A program made the translations under genes and the position numbers. The notes below the pieces were generated by a model that saw only the letters and a list, made by a program, of their open reading frames with translations, searched no databases and was not told the DNA's origin. A DNA stretch of 64,000 nucleotides from positions 1-64,000 of the IMG/VR virus record IMGVR_UViG_3300043570_001980; one strand, 5' to 3'. Each line of letters starts with the position of its first letter. The first letter of the stretch is position 1. Of the stretch, positions 1-8,387 are shown piece by piece.

Positions 1-2
1 TA

Positions 3-737
3 GACGCATGGCGCATACAACAAAACCGCTGGCGCTGGAAACAAAGTCATACCAATGTTGTTCGTAGAGTATTAGGTCATGCCAAGCGTGGCACTAGAGT
101 TGTATATGTCGCAGGCAATCACGATGAATTCCTAAGACCCATGATACCATATGGGTTTTCTTTTGGTCTAATAGAAATACACAATCAAACGGAGCACATA
201 GGTGCTGATGGTAAGCACTACTTAGTTGTCCACGGTGACTTGTTTGATGGCATCACTAGACTTGCACCATGGATAGCGTTCTTAGGAGATAAAGCATATG
301 ACTTTGTTCTTGGCCTCAACAATAAATTTAATTGGATTCGTCGCCGCATGGGTTTTGGGTACTTTAGCCTTAGCAGGTATCTTAAGTACAAGGTTAAAAA
401 AGCAGTAGACTTTGTGTTCAAGTTTGAAGAGAACTTGGCCAACTACTGTAAGAAGCGAGGCTTTGATGGAGTCATATGCGGACACATACACCATGCAGAA
501 ATAAAAGAAATCAACGGTGTCGCATACATGAATGATGGCGACTGGGTTGAATCATGCACAGCACTTGTAGAACACTGGGATGGCCGTTGGGAAATAGTTA
601 CTTGGACTCGGGAGAAGGACGATGTGGATACTGATAATACTGGCAGTTCATATAAACGACTCAAAAGACGTGCCGGGACGGATAGAACTGATGTTCCAAG
701 ACCAACACTCTTGCCAACAGGCATTAAGTACAATTAA
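3..737 (+). CDS. Metallophosphoesterase, PlcP/LpxH-like (5'-truncated by window edge)
   Basis: Frame open from base 3 (DAWRIQQNRWRWK...VAGNHDEFL). Motifs GNHD, VHGDLFD, CGHIH, NDGDWVESCTALVE. Family assignment by motif recognition. Confidence 0.8.
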   Translation, partial: DAWRIQQNRWRWKQSHTNVVRRVLGHAKRGTRVVYVAGNHDEFLRPMIPYGFSFGLIEIHNQTEHIGADGKHYLVVHGDLFDGITRLAPWIAFLGDKAYDFVLGLNNKFNWIRRRMGFGYFSLSRYLKYKVKKAVDFVFKFEENLANYCKKRGFDGVICGHIHHAEIKEINGVAYMNDGDWVESCTALVEHWDGRWEIVTWTREKDDVDTDNTGSSYKRLKRRAGTDRTDVPRPTLLPTGIKYN

Positions 738-792
738 GTACAAATTAAAGTTTGAAAATTTTAAGGTGGTAGCAGAATGCAAAAAACAATAA
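622..792 (+). CDS. 56-aa small protein overlapping both neighbours
   Basis: Hand translation MWILIILAVHINDSKDVPGRIELMFQDQHSCQQALSTIKYKLKFENFKVVAECKKQ*. GGAGAAGG SD upstream; hydrophobic N-terminus; two Cys. Confidence 0.6.
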   Translation: MWILIILAVHINDSKDVPGRIELMFQDQHSCQQALSTIKYKLKFENFKVVAECKKQ

Positions 793-1493
793 GTGATAAA
801 ATAACTATCGTAGTACCTTGCAAGAATGAAGAAAATTACATTCATCATTTGCTAGACTCTCTGCGAGCACAAAATATTAGCACAACCAGAATCATCATTG
901 CTGATTGTTCTACTGATAACACTAGACAAGTTATACAAGATAACAGCTCGGGATTGAACGTTGAAATCATTGATGGTGGCCCTGTTAGTTTTGCCAAGAA
1001 CAACGGAGCACGATTGGTTACCACACCCTACATCTTGTTTATTGATGCTGATGTTCGCTTTTTTAAAAATACTGTGATTCAAGATGCGGTTGACAAAATT
1101 CAATCAAAAAACTTGGACCTGGTTGGACTAAACATCAAATGTTATGATCGTGACATGCGAGCCATGGTTGGATTTGCTCTTTTTAACACCATAAATCACA
1201 CATTGAAATTTTTCTCACCTTTTGCAGTTGGAGCATTCATGCTGACACGCAAAGATAAATTTGACGAGTTTGGTGGATTTCCTGAACAGTTTGCAACCTC
1301 TGAGGATTACTTTTTGTCAAGAAAGTATAGTCCTCGAAAGTTTAAAATTGTTCGACATTACTTTGGGCAGGATAGTCGTAGATTTAAAAAGATGGGATAT
1401 CTTGGAATGGGCAAGTATCTAATCAAGAACTTTATCAACCGCAACAACAAGAAATACTGGGACAGTTTAGATTCATCCAAATATTGGTCATAA
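777..1493 (+). CDS. Family 2 glycosyltransferase
   Basis: ITIVVPCKNEE, IIIADCSTD, and DXD motif FIDAD (GT-A fold). Confidence 0.9.
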   Translation: MQKTISDKITIVVPCKNEENYIHHLLDSLRAQNISTTRIIIADCSTDNTRQVIQDNSSGLNVEIIDGGPVSFAKNNGARLVTTPYILFIDADVRFFKNTVIQDAVDKIQSKNLDLVGLNIKCYDRDMRAMVGFALFNTINHTLKFFSPFAVGAFMLTRKDKFDEFGGFPEQFATSEDYFLSRKYSPRKFKIVRHYFGQDSRRFKKMGYLGMGKYLIKNFINRNNKKYWDSLDSSKYWS

Positions 1494-1513
1494 TTTTGTA
1501 ATAAAATTGTAAT
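1485..1513 (+). promoter_or_regulatory. Pho box (three half-sites at 11-bp period)
   Basis: TGGTCAT (1485), TTGTAAT (1496), TTGTAAT (1507) with A/T-rich spacers; resembles PhoB consensus CTGTCAT; directly upstream of pstS. Confidence 0.7.
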
Positions 1514-1555
1514 ATTATTCTCCTTAAATAATCTTGTCACAACAAGGAGAACTCA

Positions 1556-2557
1556 GTGAACAAACTACTAGCAATTTTATTAGCCGCAGTAACTTTATCA
1601 GCACAAGCAGACATCACAGGTGCTGGCGCAACATTTCCATTCCCAATCTATGCCAAGTGGGCCGAAGGATATAAGAAAACCACAGGCACTAGTTTAAACT
1701 ATCAGAGTATTGGTAGTTCGGGCGGCATCAGACAGATCAATGCCAAGACCGTGGACTTTGGAGCAACTGATGCCCCAGTAAGCGGTGAGAACTTGGACAA
1801 GATGGGACAAGTTCAGTTTCCTGCTATCATTGGCGGAACAGTTCCTGTTGTAAACTTAGACGGATTCAAGCCAGGTGAACTACGCATCACTGGTACAGTT
1901 ATGGCAGAAGTGTTCTTGGGCAACATTGCCAAGTGGAATGATCCTAAATTAACAGCATTGAATCCAGGTAAACAGTTACCCGATCAACCTATCACCATTG
2001 TACATCGTGCTGATGGGTCAGGTACAACATTTAACTGGACAGACTATCTTGCCACAGTTAGCCCTGAGTGGTTACAGCGTGTGGGTCGTGGTGCCGCAGT
2101 CAAGTGGCCGGCGGCTACAGCAGTTGGTGGCAAAGGTAATGAAGGCGTTGCTGCCAATGTGAACAGAATCAAAGGTTCAATTGGCTATGTAGAGTATGCG
2201 TATGTTAAGAAAAACAACATGACATTCCTACAACTACAGAACAAATCAGGCCGGTATGTTAGTCCAGATGACCTAACATTTGCCGCAGCCGCAGACGGTG
2301 CTGATTGGTTTAGTGTTCCTGGTATGGGGTTGAGTATTGTGGATCAACGTAATCCCAATGCTTGGCCTGTCAGTTCAGCTAGTTTCATCATCATGTACAA
2401 AGAACCGAAGAGCAAAGCCACCAGTGACGAAGTACTAAAGTTCTTTGATTGGGCATTTAAGAATGGTAAGAAAGATGCCGCTGATTTGGACTATGTGGCA
2501 TTGCCAGACAGTTTAACCAAGCAGATCCGTGAGCGTGTGTGGACACAGATTAAATAA
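1556..2557 (+). CDS. pstS: Phosphate ABC transporter periplasmic binding protein
   Basis: Signal peptide; ITGAGATFPFPIY, NYQSIGSSGGI, DFGATD, HRADGSGTT, IGYVEYAY. GTG start with AAGGAG SD. Confidence 0.97.
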   Translation: MNKLLAILLAAVTLSAQADITGAGATFPFPIYAKWAEGYKKTTGTSLNYQSIGSSGGIRQINAKTVDFGATDAPVSGENLDKMGQVQFPAIIGGTVPVVNLDGFKPGELRITGTVMAEVFLGNIAKWNDPKLTALNPGKQLPDQPITIVHRADGSGTTFNWTDYLATVSPEWLQRVGRGAAVKWPAATAVGGKGNEGVAANVNRIKGSIGYVEYAYVKKNNMTFLQLQNKSGRYVSPDDLTFAAAADGADWFSVPGMGLSIVDQRNPNAWPVSSASFIIMYKEPKSKATSDEVLKFFDWAFKNGKKDAADLDYVALPDSLTKQIRERVWTQIK

Positions 2558-2602
2558 ACCGCGTACAAAATAGAGTACGGCTAGAACTCGTAACTGGCAC
2601 TG

Positions 2603-2623
2603 AGCCCCGAAAGGGGCTTTTTT
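2603..2623 (+). terminator. Intrinsic terminator after pstS
   Basis: AGCCCC-GAAA-GGGGCT followed by T run. Confidence 0.9.
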
Positions 2624-2653
2624 ATACCCACTAAACTGTTGATTTATAACAAA

Positions 2654-2659
2654 TAAATA
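2654..2659 (+). promoter_or_regulatory. Late-type promoter TAAATA
   Basis: AATAAATA upstream of the secreted-protein operon; resembles T4 late TATAAATA. Confidence 0.55.
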
Positions 2660-2687
2660 CGGAGACAATAACAACTATAAGGTGAGT

Positions 2688-3911
2688 ATGATGAAAAAAA
2701 TTGCCCTGGGCCTGGCTAGCCTGGTGCTCGTGGTCACTGCCACTGCCACGGCACAAACAACTACTACATCCAGTTCTGCTGGTGGAACAACCACCGGCAC
2801 AAGTACACTTATTAATCAAGGTACCTACGACTCCAAGACTCTAGTTGATACTAACAGTACATCAAACAGTACCAGCACAGTAACATCAAACAGCAATACC
2901 AATAGCAACAGCACTAGCACCAGCGCAGCCACGGTCAACAGCACCAGTGTTAACACCAACAACAATAACAACGTTAGCACCAGTGTCAACACCAACAACA
3001 ACATTAATTCAGGTACCAGCACAATTAATAACAATAATGTCAACTCCGGTACAATGACATACAACAATAACAACAACAATGTTAATAGCGGTACAATGAC
3101 TTACAATAACAACAATGCAAGCACCAGTTCAAGTACTAATGTTAATACCAATAACAATATCAACACTGGTGATATGACTTATAGAAATATTAATACTTCA
3201 ACTAGTACTAGCACAGCAACTAACAATAATAACAACGTCAACACCGGTGATATGACGTATAGAAACATTAATAACAGTACAAGTACTGCCACCAACAACA
3301 ATAATAACGTTAGTACAAGCACTTCTACTAACAATAATGTAAACACTGGTGATATGACCAATCGTAATATCAGTACTTCAACCAGCGCAATCACAGCTAC
3401 CAATAATAATATTAATCAAAACAGTTCTGTGAATACAAATATTCAGCAAGGCGAGGTAACCAATACTAATATTAATAAAACTGAAATTACGCAACGAGTG
3501 ATTCAACCTCCTCCTACTGCGGTAGCACCTGCCATGCTGAGTGGCGGCAACGCTGATTTATGTTCAACAGGTAGTTCAGGCTCTGTACAGACACAGGTAT
3601 TTGGTGTAAGTTCGGGTGGCACAGTTAGAGATATGAATTGCGAACGATTGAAGTTATCTAAAACCTTGTATGACATGGGCATGAAGGTTGCGGCGGTTGC
3701 TACCATGTGCCAAGACCGTAGAGTGTTTGATGCTATGTTGGCCGCAGGCACCCCTTGCCCATACGAAGGCAAGATTGGTGAACAAGCACGAGCACAGTGG
3801 GAAGCAAATCCAGACAAGATTCCAAAGTTGGATGAGGTAAAAATAGATGACACTTATAAGAAAGTTGGCATTGGCGCTATCCTTGGCGTTGTTGTCCGCA
3901 AGTTATTCTAA
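2688..3911 (+). CDS. Secreted Asn/Thr/Ser-rich repeat protein with Cys-containing C-terminal domain
   Basis: Signal peptide (KKIALGLASLVLVVTATATA), about 200 aa low-complexity repeats, then a globular domain with 4 Cys. Start 2682/2688/2691 uncertain. Confidence 0.8.
   Translation: MMKKIALGLASLVLVVTATATAQTTTTSSSAGGTTTGTSTLINQGTYDSKTLVDTNSTSNSTSTVTSNSNTNSNSTSTSAATVNSTSVNTNNNNNVSTSVNTNNNINSGTSTINNNNVNSGTMTYNNNNNNVNSGTMTYNNNNASTSSSTNVNTNNNINTGDMTYRNINTSTSTSTATNNNNNVNTGDMTYRNINNSTSTATNNNNNVSTSTSTNNNVNTGDMTNRNISTSTSAITATNNNINQNSSVNTNIQQGEVTNTNINKTEITQRVIQPPPTAVAPAMLSGGNADLCSTGSSGSVQTQVFGVSSGGTVRDMNCERLKLSKTLYDMGMKVAAVATMCQDRRVFDAMLAAGTPCPYEGKIGEQARAQWEANPDKIPKLDEVKIDDTYKKVGIGAILGVVVRKLF
2860..3480 (+). 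repeat. Nested coding repeats (NNNNVNTGDMTYRNI / VNSGTMTYNNN)
   Basis: aacactggtgatatgac near 3162, 3240 and 3342; AAC/AAT runs. Confidence 0.85.
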
Positions 3912-6213
3912 CAGTCAAGATATATCCACTACAGGTAATTTAATAAATTACAGTACTTCACCTACGGGTACAACCAGTACCTGGAACAATGGCGTGTATG
4001 TTAATCAACTGTGCTTTTATGCCGGTGAACCAGGCAACTGTGGACCAAACCCTAGTATTAGACCAGGCGGCTACATCAATTTCAGTTATGGCACCGCAGA
4101 CCTGAATCAGGTCATTAACATAAACACAGCATTATCTGCGGGCGGAGCAGGTGTGCAACTTTCTGGATTTAACTACAGCTTCATGGCCAAGAACGGCAAT
4201 GGATGGGACGATGCTAGACAGGATTATCTTGCCGCTTATGTCAAGTTGTATGGTTCAGGTGGCAACTTAATAGCAAACTATGATTACTCTGCGGCAACTA
4301 ATAACAAATACAACTGGACTACTTTTAATTTCAACGAGACATTTGCTACATCTTACATTGCATCAACACTAAGCACAGCACAAGTAGGTATGGTGGGCAG
4401 AGATAATAATTTCTGGGCAGGCAATTATGGTCCAGAAGTTATGAATGTTGATTTTCGTTTAAAATACAAAGTAGATCCGTGTGCTACCAATCCTGCTTAT
4501 AGTTCAACATGTGCTGGCTTCAGCAGTATTCTTAATACCAATAATTTGTTAGATTCAACTCAAGGTGGATCAAGTCTAAATCAAGCGTTTGCAATCAACA
4601 CCGCATTGCAGAATGCCGGAGTTGGGGCAACCATACATGGATTCAACTACGGGTTCAACTGGAGAGTTGGGCAAGGTTTTTCAGGATGTACTGCTTGGAA
4701 TCAAGATGGGTCGTGTAGTTGGACCATGAACATACCTGCGTATGCTAATGCCACAGTCTCACTTACAAACAGTGGCAACCAGTCTATACAATCAAAGACT
4801 TACAGTTTTACGGGTGATGGCACCAGTGGATCGGTTAGTGACAAATATTTGTTGCCAGTTAGTATGAATCAATCCATGTTGGGTACAGGTAGAATTGTAG
4901 GGTCAGCATCAGGCACCGGTTCTTCTGTGGAAGGTGCATGGGCAACAATGATTTATACTGCTGATCCTTGTGTTGCTAATCCCTTATATAGTACTAATTG
5001 TAAGGGCTATGCTTATGCTATGGCTAAACAATCCATGGCTAATAATACAACTTCAAACAATATGATGGGCACTGATGGTGCACCATTCATAGACCCAACA
5101 ACTGGTACACAGTCTGACCCCACGCGACCTCCACCTCCACCGGGCACTGAAGGAGCTGCCGGATCCCCGCCGGGAAGTCAGCCACCACCAGGTTCAGAGC
5201 CCCCACCTGGAAGTCAGCCTCCTCCGGGTAGTCCACCACCGCCAGGAACAACACAAACTGCTTCTAATAATCCAGCAGGTCCACCGCCTGCAAATCAACC
5301 TCCTCCACCAAGTGGCGGCAGTAGTCAACCCCGAGCAGGTGAAGTTAAAACAGCCGGTGATAACAAAAGCACATCATCTTCGCCGGTATCATTAAGTTCC
5401 GTAATGAGTATGATTAGTAGTAATCAAGCTAGAATAGGCAATGAAGCAAAAGCAGTTGTTCAGGCCGCCGAAGCACAGGCTACTCAATCTGCTACATCTG
5501 CACAGCAACAAGCAGAAGCAGTAGCTGGTTCCGCAGTTGCACAAAGTATGGCTAGTAGTTCAACAGTAACAGGTGCATCATCGGGTACCACAACTAGAAC
5601 AGCAACTCAAACTCAAGTCAGTGCATTTTCATTACCAACAGGTCAAGCTTCTACTGCCACAAGTATAGAAGCAATACGCCCGCCAACGCAAGCAACCACA
5701 ACTGAAACTGTTCAAAGTACTGGTACAGGATTATCGGCACTTACTACAACATATCAATTCAGCTCTATTTCAGCACCTTCTACTAGTGCATTTTCAGCAG
5801 TTGAATCATCATTAACCAACTTTGGATTTCAGTTACCAACTGGACGATCAAATATACAAATAGAACCCGAATCAACTCCCCAAACTGAAGGTATCAAAGT
5901 AGGCGGTCGTTCACCGTTAAATGATGCTATAGAACAGCGCCCGATGTTGCCAAATGCAATTACACAAGAACAAAAGACAGACGCAGTAAACAAAAATGTT
6001 CAACCAAATGAACTAGCAGGCAGGGTAGATATAACTAGAATGGCGACACAACCTGCTGGTTATCAAGCATACTCAATGATGATGCCTGATGTGGCATTCT
6101 ATGCACCACGAGAGATTTACCGGAATCAAGTTAATGTAGACAATGCCAGAGTCTTACGTCAATTGTCTAGTGATCGATTACACCAAGACTTGGTGAACCT
6201 ACAATACAAATAA
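3847..6213 (+). CDS. Large secreted protein with Pro-rich linker
   Basis: Signal peptide; two similar Cys-bounded domains (DPCATNPAYSSTC, DPCVANPLYSTNC); GSQPPP repeats; Ser/Thr/Ala-rich tail. Confidence 0.8.
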   Translation: MTLIRKLALALSLALLSASYSNSQDISTTGNLINYSTSPTGTTSTWNNGVYVNQLCFYAGEPGNCGPNPSIRPGGYINFSYGTADLNQVININTALSAGGAGVQLSGFNYSFMAKNGNGWDDARQDYLAAYVKLYGSGGNLIANYDYSAATNNKYNWTTFNFNETFATSYIASTLSTAQVGMVGRDNNFWAGNYGPEVMNVDFRLKYKVDPCATNPAYSSTCAGFSSILNTNNLLDSTQGGSSLNQAFAINTALQNAGVGATIHGFNYGFNWRVGQGFSGCTAWNQDGSCSWTMNIPAYANATVSLTNSGNQSIQSKTYSFTGDGTSGSVSDKYLLPVSMNQSMLGTGRIVGSASGTGSSVEGAWATMIYTADPCVANPLYSTNCKGYAYAMAKQSMANNTTSNNMMGTDGAPFIDPTTGTQSDPTRPPPPPGTEGAAGSPPGSQPPPGSEPPPGSQPPPGSPPPPGTTQTASNNPAGPPPANQPPPPSGGSSQPRAGEVKTAGDNKSTSSSPVSLSSVMSMISSNQARIGNEAKAVVQAAEAQATQSATSAQQQAEAVAGSAVAQSMASSSTVTGASSGTTTRTATQTQVSAFSLPTGQASTATSIEAIRPPTQATTTETVQSTGTGLSALTTTYQFSSISAPSTSAFSAVESSLTNFGFQLPTGRSNIQIEPESTPQTEGIKVGGRSPLNDAIEQRPMLPNAITQEQKTDAVNKNVQPNELAGRVDITRMATQPAGYQAYSMMMPDVAFYAPREIYRNQVNVDNARVLRQLSSDRLHQDLVNLQYK
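5125..5310 (+). repeat. GSxPPP 18-bp coding repeat
   Basis: GSQPPP GSEPPP GSQPPP GSPPPP. Confidence 0.75.
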
Positions 6214-6223
6214 GGAAACAAAA

Positions 6224-6844
6224 ATGGCAGAAGAAATAAAAAACGTAAACGCAAAGGTTGATGAACTAGAAGCAGCCGCCAAAAAGTACGCATCAAAAGA
6301 TACTGTTATAAGCATTGGCGGCTACGAGTTTACCCCAGCCAAACTAATGGTTGCAGCCACAATCGTATCATCTATACTAGGTGGACTGTATGGATCATTT
6401 GAAGTGTACAAAGACTACGTGGGCATGAAGAAAAAGATTGCTGAATATGCCGCTCCAGACCTAAGTGGATTTGACAAGCGACTGGCAGTGATCGAAGAAA
6501 ACTCTAGCAAAACCAGCGACTACACACGTGATATCAAAACTGATTTGAAGAATGATATTCGCCGTAATGAAACTGTGACCGAGCAAGTAGAACGTAGCGT
6601 TAAGAATGCACAGCGTGAAACTGAGTCAGAAATGCGTGACATGCGCAAGGCTGTGCGTGAAGACCTGGAACGTGCTAGGACCGAAGCGGCTGCAATTCGC
6701 CGAGATATGGAAAACACACGCAAAGAAATCAACAGTGAATTTACTGCGGCCCGTAGAGAAATCAATCGCGAAGTAGAAACACTAAAGAGAGAAGTCGATA
6801 GTAAAATACAAAAAGCCATGGATAATCCATTGGCCAACAAGTAA
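6224..6844 (+). CDS. Single-TM coiled-coil protein
   Basis: TM segment LMVAATIVSSILGGLY followed by long charged heptad-like region; AAGGA SD. Confidence 0.8.
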   Translation: MAEEIKNVNAKVDELEAAAKKYASKDTVISIGGYEFTPAKLMVAATIVSSILGGLYGSFEVYKDYVGMKKKIAEYAAPDLSGFDKRLAVIEENSSKTSDYTRDIKTDLKNDIRRNETVTEQVERSVKNAQRETESEMRDMRKAVREDLERARTEAAAIRRDMENTRKEINSEFTAARREINREVETLKREVDSKIQKAMDNPLANK

Positions 6845-6845
6845 C

Positions 6846-7010
6846 ATGTTCAACGCCATAGGCTCAATAATGTTAGCAGGTATGCTAGCCCAAGAGCCAA
6901 GGTGTGTGAAATGGACATGGACGGGCGATGTCTACAATCGCAGAGTGGTATGCCTAGAATGGTCTAAACCCCCGCCGCAACCTAAAGATAAGGATCCTAA
7001 GAAAACATGA
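6846..7010 (+). CDS. 54-aa secreted/membrane peptide
   Basis: MFNAIGSIMLAGMLAQEPRCVKWTWTGDVYNRRVVCLEWSKPPPQPKDKDPKKT*; ATGA-coupled to the next gene. Confidence 0.6.
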   Translation: MFNAIGSIMLAGMLAQEPRCVKWTWTGDVYNRRVVCLEWSKPPPQPKDKDPKKT

Positions 7011-7489
7011 TTGATCCTATCACAATTGGCATTGCGTTCACGGCCGCTCAACAATCGGTAAATTATATCAAAAAGGCCATTGCCCTAGGCAAAGATGTCA
7101 ACAGTCTATACGGTCAGTTTGCTAAGTTTTTTGAAAACAGCGACACAATTCACGCTGCCAGCATAGAGGCACAAACCAGTAAAAAAATTCTCACTGACGG
7201 ACAGATTAGAGCAATGTCTGTACAGATTGCCATGCAGAGTAAAGCCCTGCGTGATGCTGAAAAAGAACTAAAAGAAATGTTGATATGGTCTGGCAACAAA
7301 GATGTCTGGGATGAAATGATGGCCGAGCGTGTGCGTATGTACAAGGAACGTGCCAAACTACAGGCAGACATAAAAAATGCCAGGATACAAGCACAGTCCG
7401 ACATGATAGATAGACTGCTTATAGGTACAAGTTTCATGGCAATAGCGATCCCTGTTGTGCTGTTCACTTTTGCTATGATCACCAGATAA
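7007..7489 (+). CDS. Hypothetical protein with C-terminal TM
   Basis: 160 aa, helical, hydrophobic C-terminus. Confidence 0.75.
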   Translation: MIDPITIGIAFTAAQQSVNYIKKAIALGKDVNSLYGQFAKFFENSDTIHAASIEAQTSKKILTDGQIRAMSVQIAMQSKALRDAEKELKEMLIWSGNKDVWDEMMAERVRMYKERAKLQADIKNARIQAQSDMIDRLLIGTSFMAIAIPVVLFTFAMITR

Positions 7490-7514
7490 ATAATATATTA
7501 AAGAAAGACTTAAC

Positions 7515-8051
7515 ATGGCAGAAGTAAAAACATTGTCACGTTCTGAACGTGAAGCACAAATTAAAGATAGAGCAGGATGGGTCATTACTGTCATTGCACT
7601 ATTATTAGCAATTACAACCTATATGTCTAGCGGATTTAGTAGCAAGATATTAAGTAACACCATCAAAGCAAATGATACTTGGAACTTTTATCAAGCCAAG
7701 AGTATCAAACAAAGTATTGCCGAAGGACAGTTAGAAACCACCACAGATCCAAAACGCAAAGAACAACTACAAGCCAAGATTGATCGTTACGAGTCTGACC
7801 CAGCCAAAGGTGAGGGCAAGAAAGAGTTGATGGCCAAAGCATTACAGATTGAAGCCGAACGTGATGAAGCCAAGAAACATACCCCATGGTTGACGTTTGC
7901 CGCAATGGCATTCCAGTTGGCCATTGTACTACTGTCTGCTAGTATTTTAGCTGTGGACAAACGTATGTTTTGGGGCAGTATCGGCGTAAGTATTTTTGGA
8001 ACATTGCTGTTAACCCAAGGCATTTGGCTTGTTATACCACTTGTGATATAA
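7515..8051 (+). CDS. DUF4337-like membrane protein
   Basis: TM, then ANDTWNFYQAKSIK, coiled coil and two TMs. TAAATA at 7487. Confidence 0.7.
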   Translation: MAEVKTLSRSEREAQIKDRAGWVITVIALLLAITTYMSSGFSSKILSNTIKANDTWNFYQAKSIKQSIAEGQLETTTDPKRKEQLQAKIDRYESDPAKGEGKKELMAKALQIEAERDEAKKHTPWLTFAAMAFQLAIVLLSASILAVDKRMFWGSIGVSIFGTLLLTQGIWLVIPLVI

Positions 8052-8062
8052 TCTAAAGAATT

Positions 8063-8371
8063 TTATTTTGCCGGGGGTTTTCGGGGTGTTCGAGATTTTG
8101 TAGGTGCTTTGACAGCAGCCGGTTTCTTTTTAGGCTGTTGTTTCTTAACAGTTGCTTTGGGTTTAGCTGGTACTTCTGTTGGTGCAACTGTCACTGGCAT
8201 GTCAGCAAAGCCCACGGGCACAATTTCAGCTACCGGGGTTGGAAGTTGAGCAATAGCAATGTCTGCTGTATCAACCATTGGTGCAACTTCAACCTTATAC
8301 GGTGCTTCTGTCTTTGCTTCCGCAACTGCGGGTTTCTCTAGCCCAAAAAGTTTTTTAATAAATGTAATCAT
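8063..8371 (-). CDS. Small protein with Lys/Pro/Ala-rich basic tail
   Basis: C-terminus KPKATVKKQQPKKKPAAVKAPTKSRTPRKPPAK; AGGAG SD; late-type TAAATA at 8389-8394 (-). Confidence 0.75.
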   Translation of the reverse strand: MITFIKKLFGLEKPAVAEAKTEAPYKVEVAPMVDTADIAIAQLPTPVAEIVPVGFADMPVTVAPTEVPAKPKATVKKQQPKKKPAAVKAPTKSRTPRKPPAK

Positions 8372-8387
8372 TTGATTCTCCTATATG

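Noticed and set aside
2825-3403. Leu/Val-rich antisense ORFs (also 43492-43869, 45118-45456, 49879-50175)
   Set aside because: Shadow frames of Asn/Thr/Gly-rich sense genes; they only mimic TM proteins.
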